From Felis catus (taxonomy: Eukaryota), in the NCBI RefSeq assembly GCF_018350175.1, contig NC_058369.1:5706001-5770000 (forward strand): 64,000 nt of DNA, in the 5' to 3' direction. Numbering within the stretch: the first letter of the stretch is position 1; every line of letters starts with the position of its first letter. A model generated the notes under the pieces. That model was not told the origin of the DNA. It did not search any database and saw only the letters and a list, made by a program, of their open reading frames with translations. Shown here in pieces: positions 36,040 through 49,163 of this stretch. The position numbers were made by a program, and so were the translations under genes.

Positions 36040-36430
36040 TGGGGGGGGGCAGGAGGCGCAAGGGGTGCAGGCGAGCAGGAGACAGGGTTGGCTGAGTCGC
36101 CCAAGGTCTGCTGGCGGGCGGGAGGGGTGGGGGTGAGCTCGGGGCGGGGCTGACCTCACCTCGCCTCCCTGGAACTTTCTCCGCCAGCCCCCCCACCATC
36201 CCCTCCCCTCCCCCTCACTTCCCCTTCGGAGAGCTGCCGGCGGGGGGGGGGGGGGGGGGGGGGGGAGGGCGGAGAGTCCTCCGGAAATAGGAGGAGAGAG
36301 GAAGAAATCCGAGGCCAGACGAGCAGAGCTGGGGTAGGAGGCTGGAGATGGGCGGAGGCTTGGGGCTTCTTCCCAGCCCGAGAGACCCCCTGTGTGGCTC
36401 AGAGGGATGGGGCTTTCCCCGGAGGAAAGG
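36040..36430. promoter_or_regulatory. Secondary GC/CpG-rich candidate enhancer
   Basis: GC box 36141-36150 abutting TGACCT 36151-36156, G24 run 36242-36265, CCGGAAAT (ETS-like) 36281-36288, GGGGCTTTCC (kB consensus) 36409-36418. Confidence 0.35.
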
Positions 36431-36928
36431 ACCCGGGGGTGAGCCACTAAGCTTTTGCCCAAGACTCAAAGCCTCCTTTTGTATTTTGCAAAACCCAGAG
36501 CGCCTTGGGGTGAGCCTCGGAGGGCAAGAGTGTGTCACGCCCGCCACGCAGTCTGGCAAAGAGGAAGGCAGGTGCCAAGGCGTGGAGGTTTGAAGCAGCA
36601 TGTTTGGGGCTGGAGGTTAATTTAATGGTGCAAAGAACAGAGAGGGGAGGCAGAGGGAAGGCTGCAGAAGAAGCAGGACCCGAGCCGGGAAAATCCTTAC
36701 AGACTTGGAGCTAATCTTGCGGGGCGGTAGGGAGCCATAGAAGGATTTACAGCAGGGAGGGACACAAGTCTCTGGTTGTCTGGAGGAGGGCTGGGGCCCG
36801 GGGAGAGGTCGGGCAGCGTGAGAGTCGCCCTGTGCAGAGTTGATGAGGCCTGAATATGGCGGAAGGATAGAAGGGGAGGGTTTTTAACTTTTAGAACCTT
36901 TTATTTCAAGTTTAGTTATTTACTTTGA

Positions 36929-38203
36929 GGGGCGCCTGGGTGGCTCAGTGGGTTAAGCATCCAACTTTGGCTCGGGTCATGATCTCACGGTCCGTGAGTT
37001 CAAGCCCCGCGTCGGGCTCTGGGCTGACAGCTCGGAGCGTGGAGCCTGCTTCGGGTTCTGTGTCGCCCTCTCTCTCTGCCCCTCCCCTGCTTGTGCTCTG
37101 TCTCTCGCTTTCTCAAAAATAAATAAAGATTAAAAAAAAAAAAAAAAGTAGCCAGGACACAGACCTAGGGGAGAATATCAGCAGCCCCTAGAACCCCTCC
37201 TTCCTGTCACTCCCACCCAGGGTAACCCCTAACTTGACTTTGAACAGCATACAGTCATTGTGCCTGACACTCTGGTTTTAATTCACATCTCCCTGATGAC
37301 TTGGGATGTCAAGCATATGTTTACCTATTGGCCATTGGGAGATCACCTTTTGCCAAGGGCCCATTTTTCCTTTGAAGTTTCTGCCTTTCTCTTCTTGGTC
37401 CGTAAAGGACGCTTTCTATATGCCGGACACATGGGGGCATCGGAGCTACCTTCATTCTAGTCCCTCCGGTCCCCCTGGCCACCTCCATCACGCTGATGCC
37501 CCCCGGCTGTGTTGCCCATCCGGCCGCACTCCACTCTGGCCACCAGACTCCACGGCCATCAATCTGCAGTGACCTGATTTCTCTGGCCACCGCAGGGAAG
37601 CGCACTTGAAAGACGCAAGTACCCAGAACAAAAATCACTGCCCCCCCCCCCCACCGAAAACCACTTCCATAATCTGTGTCTACTTTACCAGGAAGAGAAA
37701 AAACCATATATAACATATAATGCTATTGTGTGTGTGTTATGTAATTTATATAAATAGCATCACACTGTATTATCATCACACAACTTTTTTTTCCACCCAG
37801 AAGTAGGTTTTGGGGATACGTTTATATTGAGACAGAGATAGAGAGGGGGAGCTAGTCATTCCTTCTTCACTCCTGTATAATATTCCATTTCTTCATGTGA
37901 CTGCAAGAAAGTCCTTGTATTGGGCTCCCTGACACCTCTCAGAAGTTATTTCTTTTTTTTTCTTTTTTAATTTTTTTTAACCTTTATTTATTTTTGAGGC
38001 AGAGGGAGACAGAGCATGAAAGGGGGAGGGTCAGAGAGAGGGAGACACAGAATCTGAAACAGGCTCCAGGCTCTGAGCTGTCAGCACAGAGCCCGTCGCG
38101 GGGCTCGAACTCACGGACCGTGAGATCATGACCTGAGCCGAAGTCGGACGCTTAACCGACCAAGCCACCCAGGCGCCCCAGTTATTTCTTTTTCAAAACC
38201 CAC

Positions 38204-38240
<37 letters not shown>

Positions 38241-38763
38241 CCTCTGCAGTAAATGGTTCCATTTTATTGGCCGTTTGGAGACGACCTTTTGTGAAGGGCC
38301 CATTTTTCCTTTGGGGTTTCTGCCTTTTTCTTGTTGATTTGTAGGAGCTCTTTATATATACTGGACACAAGTCCTTTGTCAGATTTCTTACAGCAAATAT
38401 TCTGGAAGAAGTTTTGGGAGGCACTCAGGAGGTAAGGTCGCTAGATCTAGGCGGCTCAGTGGAGGAGAGGGAAAGGCAGGAACGGAAAGCGATGCCCTCA
38501 TCTCTGGGGCTAAGTGTCAGGGTTGACTGATGCGACCATTGCTGAGGTGGGATCCTAGGAGGAGCCACAGGTGAGGGAGGTGCTGGTGGATGTGAGGAGT
38601 CACCAGAATTTGTGCTGCAGCGACACAGGCAATATGGGGCACCACAGGGAAGGGCCCCTGGGTCAGCTGTAGACTTTGGAAATCGTCTGCAGGATAGCAG
38701 GGCATTTTTCTTTTCTTTTCTTTTCTTTCATTTCCCTTTCTTTCCTTTCCTTTTATTTTTTTT

Positions 38764-38797
<34 letters not shown>

Positions 38798-39134
38798 ATG
38801 CATGCAAGTAGGAGAGAGGCAGAAGGAGAGAGAGAGAGAGAGAGAGAGAGACAGTCCCAAGCAGGATCTATGCCCAGCTCAGAGCCTGACATGGGACTTG
38901 ATCTCATGACTGTGAGATCATGACTCAAGCTGAAATCAAGAGTTGGCTGCCCAACGGACTGAGCCACCCAGGCTCCCCTATTTTTTTTTTTTTTATGTTT
39001 TGCATTAAAGATTTTTTTAGAGAGAGAACACAGTGGAGGAGAGGAGAGAGGCAGAGGGAGAGAGAGAATTTTTTTTTTAAGTTTATGTATTTATTTTGAG
39101 AGACAGAGAGGGAGAGTGCAAATGGGGAAGGGGT

Positions 39135-39181
<47 letters not shown>

Positions 39182-39430
39182 CTCAAGCAGGCTCCACACC
39201 CAGCACAGAGCCCGACACAGGCCTTGATCCCACGACCCTGAGACCATGACCTGAGTGGAAATCAAGAGGCAAACGCTCAACTGACTGAGCCATCCAGGCG
39301 CCCCACACTTAAGTTTATTGATTTATTTAAGTAATCTCTACACCCAGCGCGGGGCTCGAACCCACGAACGGTGAGATCATGGCCTGAGCTGAAGTCGGAC
39401 GCTTAACCCACGGAGCCACCCAGGTGCCCC
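36929..39430. mobile_element. CanSINEs (36929-37147 +, 37955-38179 -, 38755-38978 -, 39075-39304 -, 39310-39430 -) within old L1 (-) and L2 remnants
   Basis: SINE motifs; TSD agttatttct; L1 motif ttttaattcacatctccctgatgact. Confidence 0.85.
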
Positions 39431-39439
39431 GATTTTATT

Positions 39440-40235
39440 GTTTAATGGACTTTATTAGGTTCGCAGCAAAACTGAGTGGGAAGTACAGGGAACCTCCATA
39501 AGCCTTCTGCCCACATGTGCATAGACTATGCCATATCGACCTGGCAGAGGGACACCTTTGTTACCGTCGAGAGACCTGTACTGACATCATTATCTCCCAG
39601 ATCTGTGGTTTACAGCTGGCTCTGGGCGGTGTGCATTCTGTGGGTTTGGACACACACGCCACGAATGAATCTGCCATTGTGACATCACGCACAACAGTTT
39701 CACTGCCCTAAAAGTTCCCCTGCCTTCTGCCTGTTCATCCCTCCCTCCCCCCAAGCCCCTGGCACGACTGATGTTTTCACGGTCTCTTCACTTCTGCCTT
39801 TTCCAGAACGTCACAGAGCTGGAATCCTACAGCGTGTAGCCTTTTCAGACTGGCTGCTTTCGCTTAGCGATAGGCGTTTAAGGTTCCCCCGTGGCTTTTC
39901 GTGGCTGGATGGCTCGTGTCTGTTTAGCGCTGAATAATGTTCTCTTGTCCGTGTGTCCCACGGTTTACTTATCCATCCACCCACCGGCGGACATCGCGGC
40001 CGGACATCCAGGTTTCGGCAATTATGAAGAAGGCTGTTACGAACATCCGTGTGCAGGTTTCTGGGTGGGCATAGCTTTCGACACCTTTGGGTAAACAGCA
40101 AGGAAGGCGACTGCTGGATCGTATGGTAAGAGTATGTTTAGTTTTGTGGCTAACTGCCAAACTGTCTCCCAAAGTGGCTGCACTGTTTTGCATCCCCACT
40201 AGCAGCGCGTGAGAGTTTCCTTGCTCCCCAGGCAA
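39440..40235 (-). mobile_element. L1MC-type 3' end
   Basis: aggttcgcagcaaaactgagtgggaagtacag...gtgcattctgtgggtttggaca...gctggatcgtatggtaagagtatgtttagttttgtg...aactgccaaactgt. Confidence 0.85.
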
Positions 40236-40279
40236 CAGAATTTTTCTTTTAAAGATTTTTTATTTGTCTTAAAAAAATT

Positions 40280-40885
40280 TTTTTTAATGTTTATTTTTGA
40301 GAGAGAGAGAGAGAGAGACAGAGTGTGAGCAGGGGAGGGACAGAGAGAGAGGGAGACCCAGAATCCGAAGCAGGTTCCAGGCTCCGAGCTGTCAGCACAG
40401 AGCCCGACGCAGGGCTTGAACTCACAGACCACGAGATCATGACCTGAGCCGAAGTCAGATGCTCAACCGACTGAGCCACCCAGGTGCCCCTAAAGATTTT
40501 TTAAGTAATCTCTACCCAACTTCAGGCTCGAACTCACAACTCCAGGATCAAGAGTCTCATGCTCTGCTGACCGAGCCAGCTGGGCGCCCTGGCAACGGGA
40601 TTTTTTTAAAGTTTGTTTGTTTGTTTGTTTATTTTTTTTTATTTTTTTTTCAACATTTATTTATTTTTGGGACAGAGAGAGACAGAGCATGAACGGGGGA
40701 GGGGCAGAGAGAGAGGGAGACACAGAATCGGAAACAGGCTCCAGGCTCCGAGCCATCAGCCCAGAGCCCGATGCGGGGCTCGAACTCATGAACCGCGAGA
40801 TCGTGACCTGGCTAAAGTCAGACGCTTAACTGACGGCGCCACCCAGGCGCCCCTGTTTATTATTTTTTAATGTTTATTTATTTTT

Positions 40886-40918
<33 letters not shown>

Positions 40919-41934
40919 GCAGAGAGCGAAGGAGACACAGAATCCAAAGCAGGCTCCAGGCTCCGAGCTGTCAGCACAGAGCCCGACACGGGGCTCGAGA
41001 TCACAAACCTCAAGGTCGTGACCTGAGCCAAAGTCGGACACTTGACTGACTGAGCCATCCAGGTGCCCTAGGTCTATTTATGTATTTTGAGAGAGAGAGG
41101 GGGACAGAGAGAGAGAATCCCAAGCAGATTCCACACCAGTAGCGTGGGGCCCCATTCAGGGCTTGAACCCACAAACCATAAGACCATGACCAGAGCTGAA
41201 ACCAAGAGTCAGCTTAACCAACTTAGCTAACCAACAGAGTCACCCAGGCGGCCCTGGCAATGAGACTTTTAATCACAGAAAAATCTAGACAAAAAATTAG
41301 GTTCCATCTATATGCTTTTTCTTTTCATCTAAGCTTTTTTACTTAGAATTTTATATGAAAACACTTTCCATATTTTTAAGAAAAAAATCTTCTGTATTGT
41401 TAGAAAAACCTTCTCATATTGTTAAAAATGTCCACATTTTTGATGACCGCATTATAGATTTCATCATCTTATTTTTTTAATGTTTGCTTATTTATTTTGA
41501 GAGAGAGAGAGAGAGAGAGAGAACGCACATGCGCCAGTAGGGGGGGGGGGTGCAGAGAGAGAGGGAGAGACAGAATCCCCAGGCAGGCCCACACTCAGCA
41601 GAGCCTGATGCAGGACTCGATCTCATGACAGTGAGATCATGACCTGGGCTGAAATCAAGAGTCAGGCATTTAAGGGTGCCCGGGTGGTTCAGTCGGTGGA
41701 GCATCGACTCTTGGTTTTGGCTCAGGTTATGATCTCATGGTTGGGGGGTTCGAGCCCTGCATCCGGCTCCGAGCTGACAGGGCAGAGCCTGCTTGGGATT
41801 CTCTCTCTCTCTCCTTCTCTCTCTGCCCCTCCCCTGCTCTCTCTCTCTCACTAAATAAATAAACTTAAAAAATTATTATTAAAAAAAAAAACACAAAACA
41901 GAGACGCTTAACCGACTGAGCCACCCAGGACCCC
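40280..41934. mobile_element. Dense stack of ~7 CanSINEs, mostly minus strand, with a plus-strand copy (41673-41885) nested in a minus-strand copy
   Basis: Consecutive SINE bodies, e.g. 40280-40490, 40500-40590, 40630-40853, 40860-41068, 41075-41255, 41472-41934. Confidence 0.9.
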
Positions 41935-42889
41935 ACTCATGTTATTTTTAATTTTATTTTTATTTTTTAATTCAACTTTTTATTTTAATACCAGTACAGC
42001 CAACGGGCAGGGTTATATTGGTTTCAGGTGCAAATCATCATGTGCTGGTGCTGACCTAACTGCGTACCTCAGTTTGCGTTACCCGAGTATAGAAATAACG
42101 CTACGGCGAGTACTGTTATGGGCAAATATTTGCCTGCTTCTCATATTTCTGCGGAGTGAATTCGCAGAAGTGGAAATACTAGCTTGAACGAGGCAAACAT
42201 TTTATGATTCTTGGTACACGTTGCCAAACGCTGTCCAGAAGGCTGCAGTTTGTGCTGAAAGCAGCCAGCCAGCGCGAGATTCGGTAATTAAAAAGAAAAC
42301 AAACGTCACTGTTCAAACAGACGACAAGGTGTCTCCTTTTTCACCAGCAGTGAGCATCTCTGAGAATTCGGGGGTCGGATGTGTTTTCCTCTCCCACTTG
42401 TTTCACGGGTGTTTGTGACTTCTCTGTCCATGCTCTTTTCCATCTCCTGGCTGGACTATTAATATGAATCGATCCGTGGAAGGGCTTTCAGTTTTAAAGA
42501 GACGACCCAGTGCATTCCTTTCTGATTCCTCCCACTGCTCTTAAGCTTAGAAAGAGCTTTGAAATCGCACAGCTTTGAAATCCATTCACCTTTATTTCCT
42601 TCTAGTTACGTGGAAGGTGTAGTTTGATTTTTGGAAATTTAATTAAACAATTTTTTTAATGTTTATTTATGTTTGACAGAGAGAGAGAGAGAGACAGAGC
42701 ATGAGCAGGGGAGGGTCAGAGAGAGGGAGACACAGAATCCAAAGCAGGCTTCGGGCTCCGAGCTGTCAGCACAGAGCCCATTGCGGGGCTCGAACCCACA
42801 GACGGTGAGATCGTGACCTGAGCCGAAATCAAGAGTTGGATGCTTAACTGACTAAGCCACCCAGGTGCCCCTAGATATTTATATTTTTT

Positions 42890-44195
42890 AAATTTATTTT
42901 TAATTTATATCCAAGTTAGTTAGCATACAGTGCAATAATGATTTCAGGAGTAGATTCCAGTGACTCATCCCCTGCGTGTAACATTCAGTGCTCATCCCAA
43001 CACGCGTCCTCCCTAATGTTCCTTGTGCATTTAGCCCATCCCCCCTCCCACAACCCCTCCAGCAACCCTCAGTTTGTTCTCTGTATTTAAGAGTCTCCTA
43101 CAGGGGGCGCCTGGGTGGCGCAGTCGGTTAAGCGTCCGACTTCAGCCAGGTCACGATCTCGCGGTCCGGGAGTTCGAGCCCCGCGTCGGGCTCTGGGCTG
43201 ATGATGGCTCAGAGCCTGGAGCCTGTTTCTGATTCTGTGTCTCCCTCTCTCTCTGCCCCTCCCCCGTTCATGCTCTCTCTCTGTCCCCAAAAAATAAATA
43301 AACGTTGAAAAAAAAATTAAAAAAAAAAAAAGAGTCTCCTACGTTGGGGCACCTGGGTGGCCCAGTCGGTTGAGCGTCCGACTTCAGCTCAGGTCACGAT
43401 CTTCAGGTGCCCCTCCCCTGCTTGTGCTCTGGCTCTGTCTCTCAAAAATAAATAAATGTCAAAAAACATTAATAATGAGTCTCTTCTGTTTTGGCCCCCT
43501 CCCTGTTTTTATATTGTTTTTGCTTCCCTTCCCTTATGTTCATCTGTTCTGTGTCTTAAAGTCCTCATATGAGTGAGGTCATATGATATTTGTCTTTCTC
43601 TAATTTCGCTTAGCATAATCCCCTCCAGTTCCATCCACATAGCTGCAAATGGCAAGATTTCATTCGTTTTGACTGCCGAGGAATACTCCATTGTAAATAT
43701 AGACCACATCTTCTTTATCCATTCATCCATCCATGGACATTTGGGCTCTTTCCATACTTTGGCTGTTGTCGATGGTGCTGCTATAAACATGGGGTTGCGT
43801 GTGTCCCTTTGAAACAGCACACCTGTATTCCGTGGATAAATACTTAGTAGTGCAATGGCTGGGTCGTAGGGTAGTTCTATTTTCAATTTTTGAGGAACCT
43901 CCACAGTGTTTTCCAAAGTGGCTGCACCAGTCTGCCTTCCCACCAGCCGTGCAAAAGGGTTCCTCTCTCTCCGCATCCTCGCCAACATCTGTTGTTGCCT
44001 GAGATGTTAACTTTCACCATTCTGACAGGTGTGAGGTGGTATCTCATTGTGATTTTGACTTCTAGTTTCCTGATGATGAGTCGTGTTGACCATTTTCTCA
44101 CGTGCTATTTGGCCATCTGGATGTCTTCTTCGGTAAAGTGCCTATTCGTGTCTTTTGCCCATTTCTTTACTGGATTATTTGCTTTGGGGGGTATT
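42890..44195 (-). mobile_element. Carnivore/feline-type L1 3' end (ORF2 C-terminus + 3'UTR) interrupted by two plus-strand CanSINEs (43103-43330, 43346-43470)
   Basis: ORF track gives MRYHLTPVRM...CWRGCGERGTLLHGWWEGRLVQPLWKTLWRFLK and IELPYDPAIALLSIYP, i.e. the L1 ORF2 Cys-rich C-terminal region, frameshifted. Confidence 0.92.
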
Positions 44196-44392
44196 TAATT
44201 TCTTTAATGTTTTAGGTTTAGTTTTGGGGGGGGGAGGGGCAGAGAGAGAGAGGGACACAGAGGATCCGAAGCAGGCTCTGCGCTGACAGCAGACATCCTG
44301 ATGTAGGGGCTTGAACTCACAAACCGAGGTCAGGCGCTCAACCGACTGAGCCACCCGGGCGCCCCTTGGATATTTACTTCCTGACACCAGCT

Positions 44393-45000
44393 TGTATTTA
44401 TCAGCTATTGTTGCGTCACTAACTACCCCAAAACGTAGTGGCTGAAAAGAGTAACAAACATTTAGGATCTTTCCAGTTTCTTGCGGATCAGGAATTTAGG
44501 GGCGGTTCAGCTGGGTGGTCCCGGCAAGCAGGGGTTTCTCAGGAGCTTCGAGTCAGACGTCGCTCGGGGCTGTTGTCACCCCAAGGTTTGACGGGATTCA
44601 TTTTGAAGGCGGCTCACTCACAGGGCTGGCGAAGTTGGCGCTGGCTGCCGGCAGGAGGGCTGGGGGCTGCTTGAACAGATCAAGCAATCCAAAAGACCAA
44701 GGCGGTCAAAAGGACAGCCTGTGGGCCAACCCAGTCCCTTCCCTGTTTTTATAAATAAACTCCCATTGGCATACCGCCACGCCCGTGTTTCCACGTGGCC
44801 TGTGGCTCCTCACGCACTTGCAGGAACAATGCAACAGCAAGTCGAGTCATTGTGACATCACACGGCTCACGACACACAAAATATTTAGTATCTGGGGGTG
44901 CCTGGGTGGCTCTATCGGCTCAGGTCACGATCTCACGATCTCGTTCCTGGGTTCAATCCCTGCATCAGGCTCTGCACGGACAGTGAGGAGCCTGCTTGAG

Positions 45001-45042
<42 letters not shown>

Positions 45043-45830
45043 CCTCCCCCACTCATGCATGCGTGCACGTGCTCTCTCTCTCTCAGAATAAACTTAAGAA
45101 AAAGCTTTCTTGGGGCACCTGGGTGGCTCAGTCGGTTAAGCGTCCGACTTCAGCTCAGGTCATGATCTCATAGTTCGTGGGTTCGAGCCCCGCGTTGGGC
45201 TCTGTGCTGGCAGCTCAGAGCCTGGAGCCTGCTTTGGATTCTGTGTCTCCCCCTTTCTCTGCCCCTCCCGTGCTTATGCTCTGTCTCTTTCTGTCTCAAA
45301 AATAAATAAACATTAAAAAAAATTAAAAAAAAAAGAAAGCTTTCTTTATTTTTTCACTATTTATTTATTTTGACAGAGAAGGAGAGAGAGCTTGTGCACA
45401 AGTGAGGGAGGGGCAGAGAGAGGGAGAGAGAGAGAATCCTAAGCAGGCTCTGCTCTGTCAGCCCAGAGCTTGATGCGGGGCTCCAACTCACAAACCGTGA
45501 GATCATGACCTGGGCAGAATCAAGAGTCAGATGCTTAACCAACTGAGCCATCCAGGTGCCCCCCACCCCCCCCCCCCAAGAAAAACCAACCACTTTCTTT
45601 TTTTCCCCCCATCTAGTTCTTTACAGGAAAAATTATCCTGGCCCTGCAAATGACCAAGGCAGAGGCTGCAGTGGCTTTTATGACCTAGCCTTGAAACTCA
45701 CATACTGTCCTTCTACAGAATTCCATTGGTCACACAGGTCACCCCACCTGTGATCTAAAATGGGAGGGACTTGACTATCAGGAGGTGACCTTTGATCGCA
45801 GGGGGCCCTCTTGGAGGCTGACCACCCACA
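44393..45830 (-). mobile_element. MLT1-family LTR interrupted by a MER58-like hAT element (~44704-45650), itself carrying three CanSINEs
   Basis: cagctattgttgcg...ggatcaggaatttagg; MER58-like cagcctgtgggccaa...tttttataaataaa...aaatatttagtatctgg; duplicated gaccaaggc at 44695-44703 and 45652-45660. Confidence 0.7.
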
Positions 45831-45849
45831 TGCCTGCAATTTGTTTGCA

Positions 45850-46560
45850 GGTGTCTTTTCAAAGATGTTTGCCTGCTTGCCTATTCATTTTCCCTTCTTC
45901 GTTACTAAACAAACATTGATTTTTTTTGTCTGGGACAGCAATATGTTCAGTTTAAAACACAGGTTCCCTTATAGCCAGAGGTGGCCACAGGACTCACTTG
46001 TGGCCAATGAGAGGCATGTCGGACACTTTTTCTGATTGGAAGGGGAAAAACTCTACAATCCCTACCTTTTTTTTAAAACACATAATCCTTCCCTTTTCTC
46101 GCTGCCTGGAAAAATGGTCATGATGCCTGGAAGCACAGCAGCCATCTTGAGGCCAAGAGGACAAAAGCCACACGGCTAAAGATGATGGTGGAGGGGGCAC
46201 CTGGGTGGCTCAGGTGGTTGAGCGTCTGACTTCGGCTCAGGCCATGCTCTCACTACTCATGAGTTCAAGCCCCACATCATCCTGGCCGCTGTCAGTGCCG
46301 AGCCCACGTCAGACCCTCTGGCCCCCTCGCCCTGCCCCTCCCCCACTTGCGCTCTCTCAAAAATAAAAACATTAAAAACAAATGGATAAAAGATAATAAA
46401 GATGATGATGGAAAAGAGAAGGAGCCCAGGTCCCAGGGGCACCATGAGACCACCTCACTGTCACCAGATTCCTCACTTCCAGACTTCACCTTCTTTGAGG
46501 AACAGCAAACTTCTCCCTCTATTTCAGCCGCTTAGTTGGTTTGTTTCGTTTTGTTCTTCG
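45850..46560 (+). mobile_element. LTR16-like ERVL LTR with a CanSINE (46194-46380)
   Basis: gtggccaatgaga...gatgcctggaagcacagcagccatcttga...aaggagcccaggtccc...cttccagactt. Confidence 0.6.
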
Positions 46561-48108
46561 GTCACGGATAGTGAGAAGAAATTCCAGAGTGGTTCTGATG
46601 TCGTGCGGGATAAGGATCCTTTCTTCCTCCCAAATAGGTAACTGTTTTATCACCGTTTACTGATCTGTGACACCATCTCCGTTACGCAAAAACCACGCAC
46701 ACACGCACGCAAGACTTTGGTCCGGGGATTTGGTCTCCAGTCTTCTGGCTAGAGCAACATTGTTTTCACTGTTCTTGTCGTATGTTGCGTTTCCATATCC
46801 GGTAAGGCTTCCTTCCTCCTCCTCTTTTTCCTTCAATTATCTTTACCTCTTTATCCTTCTTGGGGACTTTTGAGTTGACGTGTCCATCCCCCTACCTCGC
46901 TGCCGCGATATTTTAAGTCAGAGTCTGGTAGTAAAGGGCCGCTTTTTAGGTTTGGTGCAGATCAGCTTTGTCTCACTGGTTTCATTTTCCGGACGAGCCA
47001 TAGGGTCTGCGCTGGATCGTGCCAGACGCTGTGCTTAGGGTTCCCCACCGCTCTCTGGTTGGATTTACACAGCCCTCACTGGAAATAGATACCATTATTC
47101 GCTCCCTTTGAGAGACGAGAATGCGGAGGTCCTGGAGTTGTCCAGTGTTCATAAAGCTAATAAAGGGCTGGACGGACATACGATTCAAACTCGGACGCCC
47201 AACTCTGAAGGCCGTTTGAACTCCTCCACGGCCCTGCCTCCCTATCGTGTCCTCGGTGCCCCCAGAAAGGCACCATTTTCATCTAGAGTCGGCTCAAGGG
47301 GTGGCCAACAGCTTCAGCCAGTGGACGGAGGCTGCTGAACTCTCAGAGAGAATAATTCCCGTGAACCCCTGCTCTCTGCCTTCCCGCCCGGTCCTTGTGT
47401 TTACGGCCAACACTCCCAGAGAGCCGCAGAGAGAAATTCAGAATGTTCCCAGGCAGAGAAAAATGTCAGCAGCCAGAAGGTAGAAACCTGTTATGTGAGG
47501 GGGTGGGGGTGGGGGAAGCAATGACCAGAGGCCCCCCCCCAGCCCCCAGACACCCCCACCCCCACCAGGCAGCTTCACTCAAGTTCAGTATCCCACTTCC
47601 TGGGACCTAAAACCATCAGCGTTTCTATAGTCCCTCACCTCTCTGTCCTCTTTATCCTCAAGGTAGCTTGGCCCAAGTCCCGAACAGGAAGCAGCGAATC
47701 CATCCATTCGGGGCATCCCCAGATGTTAACTGAACAGCTACTCTGGGCAAAGCACGATGCCAGGGAGTCAGCAGTGATGACGGCCCTGCTCCCCGGAGCT
47801 GGCGGTGTAGAGGCCAGTGATAGATGGCCCGTCTCTCTCTGAACAGGCTCCCCTGGAACTTTCTCCAACAGTGTGTGTGCTGATAGGCTGTCTGCAGCTG
47901 CTGTCCTCTCTCGAGTTGGCTGAGTCTGGATCATTCCGTCAATCCATCCATCAGGGGGAGTGTCCGGCAGGACTTGGGATCCCCTGGGGATGTGACTGTT
48001 GGCAGGTCGGCTGACCGCCCATCCGGTCCGGGTCTGTGCCCAGCCACGGGTCCCCCAAGGGACCCAGACTCAGGCACAACGTGGTTCTCGGTCACCTGGA
48101 TGGCTTTG

Positions 48109-48816
48109 CAGGGATGGCCCGTCCTTTGGGCACTGGGCCCAGGGCCCACGACATGTTTAGGGGGCCATGAAAATGCTTGAAATGTAATTTATTTTTTTAA
48201 GGTCAGAAACAAAAAAGGGAAGGGGTGCTTGGGTGGCTCAGTCGGCTCGGGTTATGATCTCGCGGTTCGGGAGTGGAGCCCCGTGACGAGCTCTGCACTG
48301 ACAGCCAGAGCCTGCTTGGGATTCTCTCCCTCTCTCTGTCTGCCCCTCCCCTGCGCGCGCTCTCTCTCTCTCTCTCTCTCTCTCAAAATAAATAAATAAA
48401 TAAACTTAAAAAAAAAAAAGGAAAGGAGTGGATAGAAAATAATGGATACATAATAATGAACCTGGCTGGAATCACATGGATTTTTATACCAATGCAGTTC
48501 TAATTATGATTGCTTCATTTAAAAAAATTTTTTTTAATGTGTATTTATTTTTGAGAGAGAAAGAGAATGCGAGTGGGTTGGGGCAGAGAGAGAGGGAGAC
48601 ACAGAATCGGAAGCAGGCTCCGGGCTCTGAGCCATCAGCACAGAGCCTGACGCGGGGCTCGAACTCACGGACCGCGAGATTGTGACCTGAGTTGAAGTCA
48701 GACGCTTAACCGACTGAGCCACCCAGGTGCCCCTGATTGCTACGTTTTTTAAATAAAGGAAGGGGCCCATGAACGTAAAAGTGCCCATGACCCACAAAAG
48801 TCATACTGCCACCCTT
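48109..48816 (+). mobile_element. MER96B-like hAT-Tip100 element with two CanSINE insertions (48222-48420 +, 48525-48733 -)
   Basis: cagggcccacgacatgtttagggggccatgaaaatg...ataataatgaacctggctgga...ggaaggggcccatgaa...cccacaaaagtcata. Confidence 0.7.
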
Positions 48817-49163
48817 GTGCTCACCTCCCAGGAAAGCCCAGCCCCACCTGTCACCCTATCCCATTAGGGAGACTGGGTCTCATCCCACCCCTGCTCAAAA
48901 CCCTCATGCAGCTTCCCAGCACACTCAGTGACCACAGCTAACAAGACCCCCATCACCTCCTTGCTATTCACCCCTGTCTCTCTATTCCAACATCCCAAAC
49001 TTCCTTGCTGTGCCTCAGACAGCCAACGTCACTCCTGCCTCAGGGCCTTTGCATTCCCTCTTCCCTCTACTTGGAACTCTGTTTCCTAGTTCTTATCATA
49101 GGTGACCCTTTCTCATCCTTCAGGTCTCAGCTCAAATGTCACCTGCTCTAAAAGGCCCTCCCT

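Noticed and set aside
43509..44101. 159-aa and 72-aa ORFs with L1 ORF2 motifs
   Set aside because: 5'-truncated, frameshifted L1 fragment; neither an active element nor a host gene.
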